DNA from: Candidatus Kaftiobacterium secundum
GTDB lineage: Bacteria; Sysuimicrobiota; Sysuimicrobiia; Sysuimicrobiales; Kaftiobacteriaceae
Reading direction: 5' to 3'
Assembly (NCBI GenBank): GCA_031459765.1
Contig: JAVKHY010000001.1
Location: 468,156 to 532,155, forward strand
DNA length: 64,000 nt
Positions 37,730 to 48,473 of this stretch are shown in pieces. How positions within the stretch are numbered: the stretch's first letter is position 1; the number at the start of each line of letters is the position of its first letter. A model generated the notes under the pieces. It did not search any database. It saw nothing but the letters and a program-made list of their open reading frames with translations, and was not told the DNA's origin. Made by a program: the position numbers and the translations under genes.

Positions 37730-37758
37730 TTGACACCCGCGGAGGTCACTCCTAGAAT
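37730..37758 (+). promoter_or_regulatory. sigma-70-type promoter upstream of tRNA-Asn
   Basis: TTGACA (37730..37735), 17-nt spacer, TAGAAT (37753..37758), about 24 nt before the tRNA 5' end. Confidence 0.6.
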
Positions 37759-37781
37759 GAGGTTGCCCTAATAGCTTTCGC

Positions 37782-37856
37782 TCCGCGGTAGCTCAACGGT
37801 AGAGCGTCCGGCTGTTAACCGGAGGGTTGTAGGTTCGAATCCTACCCGCGGAGCCA
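37782..37856 (+). tRNA. tRNA-Asn (anticodon GUU)
   Basis: cloverleaf: acceptor UCCGCGG/CCGCGGA, D-arm GCUC..GAGC, anticodon loop CUGUUAA, T-arm GUAGG-UUCGAAU-CCUAC, G73, encoded CCA. Confidence 0.9.
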
Positions 37857-38179
37857 CTTAGAACGGCCCCCCGTTTTCGACAGTATCGCAAACGCTGGTT
37901 TCAGGTTCAGATGCACCTTTCCGTCGTTTAGGACGGCGTTCGAAGCGACCACATTCAGAAGGGTCTTCTTGCGGTCCGAGTCCCCATTCATGAAGATTTC
38001 GGAGAGTCGCCGGGCGAAGATCAGGAGGGGTGACCTTGCGGATGGAGGGCACGGATCTGCGCCCAGGTGTTGTACGTGAGCAAGTCGGCACCTCGCCAGT
38101 TGGTGACTGGGAGGGCCTTTTCCTCTGGCATTCTCACACCCCCTGGGGGCGCCTTAGGGGGTGGGCCAGATTTCGAGCA

Positions 38180-38419
38180 TCACTCCTGGATCAGTTTACA
38201 GGCATCGCTAACACCATGGGCTCGATGGACTTGCGCGGCAGGTCCAGCAACTGGCCGTGGAGGTACTGCAACCCCCCCTGCCCGTTGTTCGCGCCGGCGG
38301 AAGAGGGGGCTGAAGATGGCGTGGTAGGCCTGGAGTTCCTCGACGAGGGCCTCCACGTCCCGGGGCGCCAGATTCACTGTTGGGGGTGAGGCAAGGACAG
38401 GGGCGGGTGTCCGTGGCAT
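38180..38419 (-). pseudogene. transposase N-terminal fragment (IS701-like)
   Basis: 79-aa ORF with ...LQAYHAIFSPLFRRREQR... resembling IS701/IS4-type transposase N-termini; no DDE domain follows. Confidence 0.4.
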
Positions 38420-38636
38420 GGGTGCGACTCCTGGTCCGACGTCTGCTGCGACGATGGCGACGACCGTTGCCAGGCCGATTGTGCTACGCTCGGAGGTTAA
38501 TGTCTCGTTGTAATACTAAGGATCAACCCTGCTAGGAAGACGCTGCTCGCATTCGGGCGTGCCGCACAACGGCCGTTTGGGACCGTCAGCTTCGAAGATA
38601 GACGTAAGATTGATACCCGAATTGCTGAGATCCTGA

Positions 38637-38903
38637 ATGACTGACCAACTGCTTGTCGTTCAATTTCCTCACCCTGGCCATGAGCACGGGTCGGATTGGG
38701 ATAACGTCAAGGAATGGAACGTGGGCCGCCACGCGCGGAAGTTCATGGAAGTTTCCGGGCGGTGGCGAGAGACCTCCGATCTCTCGCGGCCAGAGAGCGC
38801 AAGGGCGGCATCGTCTTCTGGGGTGAGGGGGACCGCAATCGTTCGTAAGATCGTCCTGCGCGGGGAGTCGATGCGCAAACTCTGCGCCAAGCGGCGGACA
38901 TGA
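38637..38903 (+). CDS. hypothetical protein
   Basis: 88-aa ORF in the lower-GC segment; no recognised motif. Confidence 0.25.
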   Translation: MTDQLLVVQFPHPGHEHGSDWDNVKEWNVGRHARKFMEVSGRWRETSDLSRPESARAASSSGVRGTAIVRKIVLRGESMRKLCAKRRT

Positions 38904-39254
38904 GGACGCGCACCAGGGCCGTGAGGGGGGACGGGTGAATTACTTACGCCACGCCGAGAGGGGGTGAGACGTCTCCGAGACGGCGGCTCGTCGCTGCGCT
39001 CCGACGGTGATCGCTATCACTGGACTGGGTGATCGGTAAGGCGCGAAGCGGCCGTTGGGAATCACACTGAACTGGGTGTTCGAATTCCGCGAAATCCGCA
39101 CGACGCTGCCCTGGGGTCGCCGGGAAGGACACAAATCATGGCTGTTGCGTTACTCCTGTCATGAAGACATATTTGACCTGCCCCCCGAAAACTGATCCAG
39201 GCTAAATGAGACTGCCGCCCTGGGGGCGAAGACGCAGCCCCTAAGGAGGCAGCC

Positions 39255-39521
39255 ATGCGGAAGAGTCGCTTCACCGAGGAGCAGATCATCCTCATCCTGC
39301 GGGAGGCCGAGGCGGGCGCCGCGGTCACGGAGCTCTGCCGCCGGCACGGGATAACCAAGCAGACCTTCTACCGCTGGAAGGAGAAGTATAGCGGTCTGAG
39401 CGTCGACGAGGCGCGGCGGCTGCGGCAGCTGGAGGATGAGAACCGGCGGCTGAAGCATCTCGTCGCCGATCTCACGCTGGACAATCAGGCCCTGCGGACG
39501 GTGCTCGCAAAAAAGCCCTAA
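39255..39521 (+). CDS. IS3-family transposase OrfA (HTH)
   Basis: MRKSRFTEEQIILILREAEAGAAVTELCRRHGITKQTFYRWK... typical OrfA; leucine-zipper-like C-terminus. Confidence 0.85.
   Translation: MRKSRFTEEQIILILREAEAGAAVTELCRRHGITKQTFYRWKEKYSGLSVDEARRLRQLEDENRRLKHLVADLTLDNQALRTVLAKKP
39509..39515 (+). other. programmed -1 ribosomal frameshift heptamer A_AAA_AAG
   Basis: A AAA AAG in the orfA zero frame just before the orfA stop (39519..39521). Confidence 0.7.
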
Positions 39522-40369
39522 GGCCCGCCGCGCGGCGAGAGGCCGCCCAGATCGTCCGGCAGGAGCTTGGCCTCTCGGAACGCCGCGTGTGCGGGCTGCT
39601 GGGTCTGGCGCGATCGACGGCGCGCTACCGCAGCCGGCGCGGCCAACCCGAAGTGCTCGATCGCCTGCGGATGCTCGCCGCGCGCTGGCCGCGGTACGGT
39701 TATCGCCGCCTGCACATCGAGTTGCGGCGGGAGGGGATGCGGATTAATCACAAGCGGGTGTATCGCCTCTACCGGCTCCAGGGGCTCGCGCTGCAACGCC
39801 GAACGCGCAAGCGCGCGGCCGGGCTGCGGGGGCTGCCGCTCGGCGTGCCGAGCCGTCGCAACCAGCGCTGGTCGATGGACTTCCTCAGCGATGCCCTGGC
39901 CAGCGGGCGCCGGTTCCGGGTGCTGATCGTCCTAGACGACGGCATCCGGAAGGCGCTGGCGCTCGAAGTAGACACGTCGCTGCCGGGGCGGCGGGTGGTG
40001 CAGGTCCTGGAGCGATTGATTGCGGCGTACGGGAAACCGGAGCTCATGGTGATCGATAATGGGCCGGAGTTTGCCGGACGTCTCTTAGATCAGTGGGCGT
40101 ACGAGCACGGGATCAAGCTCCACTTCATCGAGCCAGGCAAGCCGGTCCAGAACGCCTATGTGGAGAGCTTCGCCGGAAAGCTACGCGATGAGTGCTTGAA
40201 CGGGCACTGGTTCACCACCCTGGCCGATGCCCGGCAGACCATCGAGGCCTGGCGGCGGGAGTACAATGAGATCCGCCCGCACAGCGCGTTGGGCGATCTC
40301 CCGCCAGAGGAGTTCGCACGGTTGGTGGAACAAACAGAGCTCGCTCCCCAGGCTGCAGTCACATTATGA
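39509..40369 (+). CDS. IS3-family transposase OrfB (DDE/rve integrase), made as OrfAB by -1 frameshift
   Basis: rve-domain pattern (WSMDF...VLIVLDDGIRKAL...HSALGDLPPEEF); frame is -1 relative to orfA. Confidence 0.8.
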   Translation, partial: KKALRPAARREAAQIVRQELGLSERRVCGLLGLARSTARYRSRRGQPEVLDRLRMLAARWPRYGYRRLHIELRREGMRINHKRVYRLYRLQGLALQRRTRKRAAGLRGLPLGVPSRRNQRWSMDFLSDALASGRRFRVLIVLDDGIRKALALEVDTSLPGRRVVQVLERLIAAYGKPELMVIDNGPEFAGRLLDQWAYEHGIKLHFIEPGKPVQNAYVESFAGKLRDECLNGHWFTTLADARQTIEAWRREYNEIRPHSALGDLPPEEFARLVEQTELAPQAAVTL

Positions 40370-40942
40370 CTGGACCAGAAAAGGGGGGCAGGTCATATTC
40401 GCCCTGGGTGGACTTAGGATGCGTTGCATCACTACCACACCGCTTTCTTTGACACCAAACTTCTTAGGGGGTTGTTTTTCTATGATATCGAAGCCAACAC
40501 GTTGAAAGAATCGAAGGGCCTGCTGGTTGTGCTCCAAAACGCCGATCCGAATCCTTCGGGCACCCTGGCTCGCTGCCCACTTCTCAAACGCAGAGAATAC
40601 CTCGGAACCTACGCCCTGCCGCCTGCGTGACGGATGTAACAACATTAACCCGATGCTCCATTCGCCAGCCGCCGGATAATCCCGGATTACATCAAGAACA
40701 CCTGCCAGAATGTCATCAGCCTCAAATAGACCAATCAGAAGTTTGTCTTCGTAGTGCTTTCCCTCGGGCAATGCGATGAATGTGCTATGCGCTTCCGAAG
40801 GTCCAGGGGGCAATCCGAACTCCAGTTCAAAGTACTCTTGGGATTGCTCGAAGAGTTCTTGCAGTGCGGGAACATCCTGCTCCGCGATTATTGCCGCGGA
40901 CCAGGCCCCTGTTCGAAATAACTTGTTCCGGCGAGCGGTCAT
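40364..40942 (-). CDS. GNAT family N-acetyltransferase; 3' end runs into the IS3 right end
   Basis: GNAT motif RRQGVGSEVFSAFEKWAASQGARRI; the last about 10 codons are encoded by the IS right inverted repeat. Confidence 0.7.
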   Translation of the reverse strand: MTARRNKLFRTGAWSAAIIAEQDVPALQELFEQSQEYFELEFGLPPGPSEAHSTFIALPEGKHYEDKLLIGLFEADDILAGVLDVIRDYPAAGEWSIGLMLLHPSRRRQGVGSEVFSAFEKWAASQGARRIRIGVLEHNQQALRFFQRVGFDIIEKQPPKKFGVKESGVVVMQRILSPPRANMTCPPFLVQS

Positions 40943-40991
40943 GAAATTGCAGCGAGCGCTACCGAACGCGCTGCATCATCTCTGTGAAGGA

Positions 40992-41201
40992 TTACCTTGT
41001 CTTATCCTCGACATCGCCGCTGAGCACAAGTAGGGTTCTGGACAGAGCCGCAAGAATCGGAATGACTTCGCCACGTACGGCATTCCGGGAATGCGACGGG
41101 TCGAAGAAATTGTCCGCCATGATGTCCTGGATGTCAGCAATCGTGTGCTGACCATCACATAGTCTCCAAATCAAGTAGGTGGTCGTACTCATACCAACCA
41201 T
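40992..41201 (-). CDS. PqqD-like peptide chaperone / RiPP recognition element (RRE)
   Basis: YLIWRLCDGQHTIADIQDIMADNF...RGEVIPILAALSRTLLVL matches the PqqD/RRE pattern; track ORF trimmed to MVGMST. Confidence 0.55.
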   Translation of the reverse strand: MVGMSTTTYLIWRLCDGQHTIADIQDIMADNFFDPSHSRNAVRGEVIPILAALSRTLLVLSGDVEDKTR

Positions 41202-41320
41202 GCCGCGGATCCCTGGAGAATAGCAGATTGCAGCTCCCCACTCTGGGAGAAACCGACACCGGACCGCTGGATTCCTGCGATATGTCTCCTGTTCTCGCTG
41301 TCTAGCCCCTTTCACAGATT

Positions 41321-42334
41321 CTATCCTCCCTGGACCTTCCAGCACAGTGGGTCGGGTGCGTCCCAGCATCCCGTTACATAGAACGCCGATGCTCGGCAAC
41401 CTCCTCCGCAGGCGGCGAACAGCTGACACCCATCGCACTCACCTCTAGGCCTCACGTGGCGTAGTGACGTCCATGCGGGAGAATCCCACATTTCAAGCAG
41501 TGGTTTGGTCCAAATATTCCCATAATAGCATACTTCCCTGAGATAAGAGCAGCCAATGACATTCCCGCAGGCATCGACCGTACATGCTTGCGTGCAGCAG
41601 TTGTGGATATTGGGGTAGTATCGATGGGCCACAGTGATGCCCTCAACCGACTTCAGACTCTCAAGGGCATCACGAAGTTCTACTTTGGTGGGGGAAATCT
41701 CAGCCCAATTCCGTTTCGCCCCGCCTACGTAGTAGACGCCTAGCAGATTCACTCTCCTTACTCCAAGGTTCCTTGCAAACTCTATGTAATCCTGAAGCAG
41801 CAGGATGTTCTGACGTATGACCGATGTGTAGAGAATTGTCTCAACCCCAGCTGATCGTAGATACTCTATGCCGCGAATCGTTGCCGCAAAACTCCCGGGC
41901 GTTCTCGTGACCGCCTCATGGGACGTCTGCGTAGGACCGTGTAAAGCAACAAATACCGCACTGACTCCGAGTTGATAGGGGCGGCGAGCTGCCCGGCTGT
42001 CGAGCAGCGACGCATTGGTGGATATATCTACAGAAAGTTGGCGTGTTGCATGGTCCAAGATCTCAAACAAGTCGGGTCTGGAGAAAGGTTCTCCTCCCTC
42101 AATGAGTAGGCCGAGGAACTGGCTCTCCACCAGGTAATCAATAAATGAGGTGATTTCTGCTGTCGAAAGCTCGCCTGGGGCTGGTTCGGCACTACATCGG
42201 TAACAATGAAGGCAGCGCAGATTGCAGGCAGCCGTGACCTCGAGGGTACACGAGATTGGTCTTGTTGGTGGTTTCACTGGCTTACCCTCTCTATGGAGGT
42301 ACTCCCTTCTTGTAAACCGTGGGCGCGATGTCAT
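41321..42334 (-). CDS. radical SAM enzyme with C-terminal SPASM domain (peptide-modifying type)
   Basis: CNLRCLHCY (CxxxCxxC); Cys-rich C-terminus CTQACTVDACGNVIGCSY...CDGCQLFAACGGGCRASA; start uncertain. Confidence 0.75.
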   Translation of the reverse strand: MTSRPRFTRREYLHREGKPVKPPTRPISCTLEVTAACNLRCLHCYRCSAEPAPGELSTAEITSFIDYLVESQFLGLLIEGGEPFSRPDLFEILDHATRQLSVDISTNASLLDSRAARRPYQLGVSAVFVALHGPTQTSHEAVTRTPGSFAATIRGIEYLRSAGVETILYTSVIRQNILLLQDYIEFARNLGVRRVNLLGVYYVGGAKRNWAEISPTKVELRDALESLKSVEGITVAHRYYPNIHNCCTQACTVDACGNVIGCSYLREVCYYGNIWTKPLLEMWDSPAWTSLRHVRPRGECDGCQLFAACGGGCRASAFYVTGCWDAPDPLCWKVQGG

Positions 42335-43547
42335 AAGGCCACAGGGCGTGTCCCGCCAAGAACGCACCTAAGCTCAGGAGGCTAGCCACTGCAAATAGAG
42401 AGCGTGTGGGGAAGTATTGAGCTAGTGCGCCCCAGGTCATCATGCCAAGAACCTGTGCACTCTGGATCGCTAAGGTGCTAAACGCAAAGACACGTCCGCG
42501 CAGAATATCAGGTACCAGCCGCTGTAGGATTGTGGTAAGCAGGATTGCAGTGAGGGCGTTCCCGATACCGCCTACTGCCAGCATCGCGAGGACAGTCGCT
42601 AAGCTCACACTAGTAGCCACTCCCATTGTGGAAACGCCCAGGAGCAGCGATCCGCCCAAGAAGAGGCGTCGCCAACTCCAATGGTGGCCAACGCGCATCA
42701 GGAGGCCGGAGCCCACGACCATGCCGAGACCCCAGAAGGTGACCATCATGCCGAAAGCAAGCTCGGCGTTGGCAGAGATTTCGCGGGCGAAAACCGGCTC
42801 AAGAGCGTTCAACGCGGCGGCCCCGAGAATGGTGGCAGCCACGATCGTCACGGCTCCGAGCGCAACCTTCTGACCAATTAGGTAGTTGAAGCCGGCCAGC
42901 ATGTCTGAGTGAAAGGACTTGTCAAACTTCTCGACACCATTGGTGGGCAAGCCACGCATACGTATAGTGACAAGTAACAGTGCGGATATCAGGAACGAAA
43001 CGGCATCAACCACAAAGGCACCTCTGGCACCGACAAGCCCCAGCGCTATCCCGCCGACGGCGGGACCTGCTACCATCGCGCCGGTGTTTAAGCTCTGACG
43101 GAGCGAGTTGAATTTCAGCAACGATCTTTCGTCAACAAGATTTGGAAGGACCGCGGCGAGGGCTGGACCGAAGAACTGTGACACAGCACCGACTGAGAAC
43201 GCGGCCGCCAACAATAGCCACAACTCGTTTGTGAGCACCATGACTACAAGAAGTCCGGCTCGCACTAGATCGCTGATAATTAATATGTTCCGTCGATCGT
43301 AATAGTCTGCCACGACTCCGGCGAAGGGTGCCACGAGAATGGCCGGCAGTAGCTCGAAAAGCAAGGAAAAAGACGCGAGAATCGGTTGGCCAGTCCAGTC
43401 TAGTACCAGAAGCGGCAAGGCGATGTAAGCCAACCAGTCACCTATCTGCGACAGAAACTGACCCAGGAGGAGCCGAGCCAAATCCCCACGTATCTTACTC
43501 GCCCGTCGTCGTAGCGTGCCAAAATCAGGCGTCACAGGGTCACGCAT
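42291..43547 (-). CDS. MFS transporter (EntS-like exporter type)
   Basis: 12-TM MFS pattern; lower-GC codon usage. Confidence 0.75.
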   Translation of the reverse strand: MRDPVTPDFGTLRRRASKIRGDLARLLLGQFLSQIGDWLAYIALPLLVLDWTGQPILASFSLLFELLPAILVAPFAGVVADYYDRRNILIISDLVRAGLLVVMVLTNELWLLLAAAFSVGAVSQFFGPALAAVLPNLVDERSLLKFNSLRQSLNTGAMVAGPAVGGIALGLVGARGAFVVDAVSFLISALLLVTIRMRGLPTNGVEKFDKSFHSDMLAGFNYLIGQKVALGAVTIVAATILGAAALNALEPVFAREISANAELAFGMMVTFWGLGMVVGSGLLMRVGHHWSWRRLFLGGSLLLGVSTMGVATSVSLATVLAMLAVGGIGNALTAILLTTILQRLVPDILRGRVFAFSTLAIQSAQVLGMMTWGALAQYFPTRSLFAVASLLSLGAFLAGHALWPYDIAPTVYKKGVPP

Positions 43548-43563
43548 CTCAACAACCCAGGCG

Positions 43564-44853
43564 TCACGCGCCGGATTCCCCAATTTGAGGTACCCGCTGC
43601 ACAGTTCCCCAGGGAACGAAATACACTAAGCCACGATCCGACATCTGACGCAACATGAACGAAAACTCCGCGGCAGTCACCCCGGCTCGCCGCCAGAGTT
43701 CCGTCGAAAGCTCGTGAAGCGTAAGCCTTCCGTCAACGCTCAACCATATAAGTGCACCAGCGGCATTGAGGCGAAAAACCCGCTCCGTGTCAACGTCCAA
43801 TAGTACGAATGCCCCGGGGCGGACTCGCAGGTACACTACCCCCGGAGCTCGAACGGGAATCAACGAGACGTCTTCCTCAGGGTTGGCAGCAATATACGCG
43901 TTGCTCACGAACCCGCTACGACGCAACCGGCAAATGCTCCCTGCAATGTCAGCGTAAGGGTAAGGGAGAGCTACTAAATCAGCATCCCGGCGTGGAATCT
44001 GCTTCGTCCCAAAACTATGAGAGTATACGCGGTGCAAGACCGCGGCATCGACTCGCGAGAGCAATACGAGGTGTCGATACCCGACATGGTAAGCGACAGC
44101 AACCGGTCCTCTTGCGCCGCTCAGAGGATCCTCGGGCATGTCCCGGAGTTCGAACCATTTGTTCCCTTTCGGAATTTGGCGTGAAGGCTTAACCCCGGCC
44201 TCTTGATAACAGGAACGCAGGAAGTTCCACTCTTCCCAGCGCTCCTTGAACCCCAGGGTCCGCTTTAGGGGGACACGTCCCACTACTCTGTAGGCTTCAT
44301 CGATCAAATCCTGACCGACCCATCGCCTTAATATTTCCGCCGCGGTCTCCTGACTCAGCCCCTGCTCCACTTCGTATCTGCGCTCTGGGCTCAGCTCATC
44401 CTCGTCTGCAGGCGGAAGAATGTGAACACCGAAGCGCGCAGGATCCTGCGCGACGCGCGAAAGCACGTCCAACCGAAAGATACCCACCCCATTGGAGCAG
44501 TGCTGGTTTCCAAATTCGCGGGTCGTTAGCTTTGATATTTCGTCCAGGAAGGTAAGAGTCCGTTCTGCATCCTCGGCTGTTTCGCCGGGGAATCCCAGGA
44601 AACAGAATAAGTGATAACCAATGCCTCTTGCTAAGCATCGTTTCAGAACAGGAACTATGTCGGCAAGTTTGACCCCTTTGTCCATGAGATCAAGAACTCG
44701 TTGATTGTAGCTCTCCAACCCGAACTGGATGATTCGCATACCCGCTCGCGCTAACTGAGCAACCAAATCCTCGTCAAGGTTCGGGTTGAAGCGGGTCTCC
44801 CCGTACCACCGGAGCACAAGCGCCTGATCGAGAATACTGCAGGAGAAGCACAA
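43564..44853 (-). pseudogene. 5'-truncated radical SAM enzyme fragment with C-terminal PqqD-like RRE domain
   Basis: radical SAM C-terminal half (FGLESYNQRVLDLMDKG) and RRE-like tail (VFRLNAAGALIWLSVDGRLTLHELSTELWRRAG); frame closed by TAA at 44860..44862 so the Cys-triad N-terminus is absent. Confidence 0.6.
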
Positions 44854-44889
44854 TGCCCTTTACTTTACCTTCGTCGATGAGACGCTTGA

Positions 44890-46563
<1,674 letters not shown>

Positions 46564-46592
46564 CCTGCGGTCGAGCAAGGTGGTGGAGAGAG

Positions 46593-46847
46593 TTGGGCAG
46601 AGCCAAGAAGAAGGTGAGGGAGCGCACCCGAGAGCTGAAGGCGGAGGGACGCGGCGACAGGGACGGCAAGGTCGTCTGCTTCTTCCAGGGCGCGCACAAG
46701 TTCAAGACCAGGTACGCGACGTTAGGCTTCAGCGATGCGGCGAACCTCGACGAAGGTGCGATGTGGCCGACCGCTTTCGCCCTGAAGGAGTGGACGCCCG
46801 CGGTCGAGGCCAGAATCGTCGCCCTGGTGAAGAAAGCCGTGAGCTGA
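46593..46847 (+). CDS. small hypothetical protein (possible DUF1801-like C-terminal fragment)
   Basis: 84-aa ORF; weak resemblance to DUF1801 C-terminal half; start ambiguous (TTG 46593 or GTG 46581). Confidence 0.3.
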   Translation: MGRAKKKVRERTRELKAEGRGDRDGKVVCFFQGAHKFKTRYATLGFSDAANLDEGAMWPTAFALKEWTPAVEARIVALVKKAVS

Positions 46848-46875
46848 GGGCGGTCGATGGTCGTCCTCAGGCGCT

Positions 46876-47292
46876 TCACTTCCTCGCCGTCACGTTCACC
46901 ATCCACTGCACGCCGAACTTGTCCGTGCACATGCCGAAGGTATCTCCCCAGGCGGCCTTCTCCAGCGGCATCACGACCGTGCCACCGGCGGCGAGGTTGT
47001 TGAAGTAGGTCGTGAGCGTGGACTGGTCGTCCCCGCTGAGGGACAGGCTGATGCTCGAGCCCGTCTGGTAGGGCATTCGCCTGGGGGTGTCGGAGGCCAT
47101 GAGCACCAAGCCGGCGGGGGTATCCAGCCGCGCGTGCATGATCTTGTCGTCCTCGCTCGGGTCGTCCGAGGCCTGGAACTCCCTGAAGGTCGTCAGGGAG
47201 AGCTCACCGCCGAAGACCGATCGGTAGAACTCCATGGCTTGCCGGGCGTTGTCCTTGAAGCTGAGATACGGATTCAGCAGCACCGTCGTCAT
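46876..47292 (-). CDS. VOC/glyoxalase-fold protein (PhnB-like)
   Basis: 138 aa; YLSFKDNARQAMEFY...VQWMVN pattern of PhnB/3-demethylubiquinone methyltransferase-like VOC proteins; trimmed from the artefactual ORF 46876..48501. Confidence 0.75.
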   Translation of the reverse strand: MTTVLLNPYLSFKDNARQAMEFYRSVFGGELSLTTFREFQASDDPSEDDKIMHARLDTPAGLVLMASDTPRRMPYQTGSSISLSLSGDDQSTLTTYFNNLAAGGTVVMPLEKAAWGDTFGMCTDKFGVQWMVNVTARK

Positions 47293-47451
47293 CCGTCCCT
47301 CCCTGGCGCCCACGGAGGTGGTTCTGGGCGAGCCTCGTTGTTGCCCCTTCCAACGACGGGCGGTGCCTCCTATTCCCGTGGCGGCAGGCCGGCTGAAGGG
47401 GGCGGGGAAGGCCGGATGGAACCCTGTGCACAAAGCCGTAGGAGGGACGGA

Positions 47452-48465
47452 ATGAAGACCGCACAGATCAGGATTGTCGCGGCGCTGCTCGCGCTGGGTG
47501 CGATGCTGTGGCCTCTGCTGCCGCCCTTCGGGGCCGATCTGCAGGCCGCTCCGGCCGCCAGACTGAAGGTGGCCGCGGTGTTCCCCGGCGTGGTGACCGA
47601 CGCCGACTACAACACGCTGGGCTTCGTCGCCCTCCGGTCCGTGGGGAACGAACTGGGCGTCGACGTGGCCTACTCGGAGAGCGTCGCCGTGCCCGACGTG
47701 GAGCGGGTGATGCGGGAGTACATCGACCTGAAGTACACCGTCATCTGGACCCACGGCGGCCAGTTCATCTCCCAGACGGAGAAGCTGGCCCGGGAGTTCC
47801 GCAACGTGACCTTCGTCGCCGAGGCGGACGCCCCCCTGGGGGAGCTGCCGCCCAATCTGTGGGTCATCGACCGTAACTTCCAGATCGGGTTCTACCCCAT
47901 CGGCGCCCTGGCCGCGATGCTCACCCAGTCCGGGAAGATCGCCTACGTCGGGGGGCTGACCCTGCCCTTCTCCTACGCCGAAGTGCACGCCGTCCGCCAG
48001 GCGCTGCGCGACCAGCGGCGGACGGTGGACCTGAAACTGGTCTGGGTGGGCGACTTCAACGACCCGGCCAAGGCCCGGCAGGTCGCCGACGCCCTCATCG
48101 CCGACGGCGTGGACGTCATCATGGGCTCCCTCAACCTGGGGATGCTCGGGATCTTCGAGGCCGTGAAGGCCGCGCCCCGGCGCGTGCTGGTCACGGCCAA
48201 GTACACGGACAAGGCTGGCTTTGCCCCCCAGCATTACGTCACGTCGGTGCTGTACGACTTCGCCGGCCCGCTGCGTTCCATCGTCCGGCGCATCCAGCGG
48301 GGGGAGACGAAGGGCTATTACCCGCTGGGCTTCGACACCGGCGTCGGGCTGCAGTTTCCGCTGCGGAACACTCCGGAGTCGGTGAGCGCGACGATGCGCA
48401 GGCTGATGACCGACCTCGTGGCGGGGAAGATCAAGGTCGTCAAGGACTTCACCCCGGTGCGTTAG
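47452..48465 (+). CDS. BMP-family ABC transporter substrate-binding lipoprotein (nucleoside type)
   Basis: signal peptide; Bmp/Med pattern (KVAAVFPGVVTDADYNTLGF); GGAGGGA RBS. Confidence 0.85.
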   Translation: MKTAQIRIVAALLALGAMLWPLLPPFGADLQAAPAARLKVAAVFPGVVTDADYNTLGFVALRSVGNELGVDVAYSESVAVPDVERVMREYIDLKYTVIWTHGGQFISQTEKLAREFRNVTFVAEADAPLGELPPNLWVIDRNFQIGFYPIGALAAMLTQSGKIAYVGGLTLPFSYAEVHAVRQALRDQRRTVDLKLVWVGDFNDPAKARQVADALIADGVDVIMGSLNLGMLGIFEAVKAAPRRVLVTAKYTDKAGFAPQHYVTSVLYDFAGPLRSIVRRIQRGETKGYYPLGFDTGVGLQFPLRNTPESVSATMRRLMTDLVAGKIKVVKDFTPVR

Positions 48466-48473
48466 CAGGCGAG

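Larger units (their letters stand above)
39164..40395 (+). mobile_element. IS3-family insertion sequence, apparently intact (about 1.23 kb)
   Basis: imperfect terminal inverted repeats TGACCTGCCCCCC... at 39164 and (revcomp) at 40395; orfA plus orfB in -1 frame; GC is host-like, unlike the surrounding lower-GC DNA. Confidence 0.8.

Noticed and set aside
37857-38160. Looked for a tyrosine integrase next to tRNA-Asn and for a direct repeat of the tRNA 3' end at the far edge of the lower-GC block.
   Set aside because: No integrase-like ORF was found. A minus-strand reading frame runs into the tRNA 3' end but has no recognisable domain. The GTTCGAATTCCGCG at 39078 resembles the T-loop region (GTTCGAAT) but matches only about 10 nt and cannot fold as a T-arm, so it was not accepted as an att repeat.
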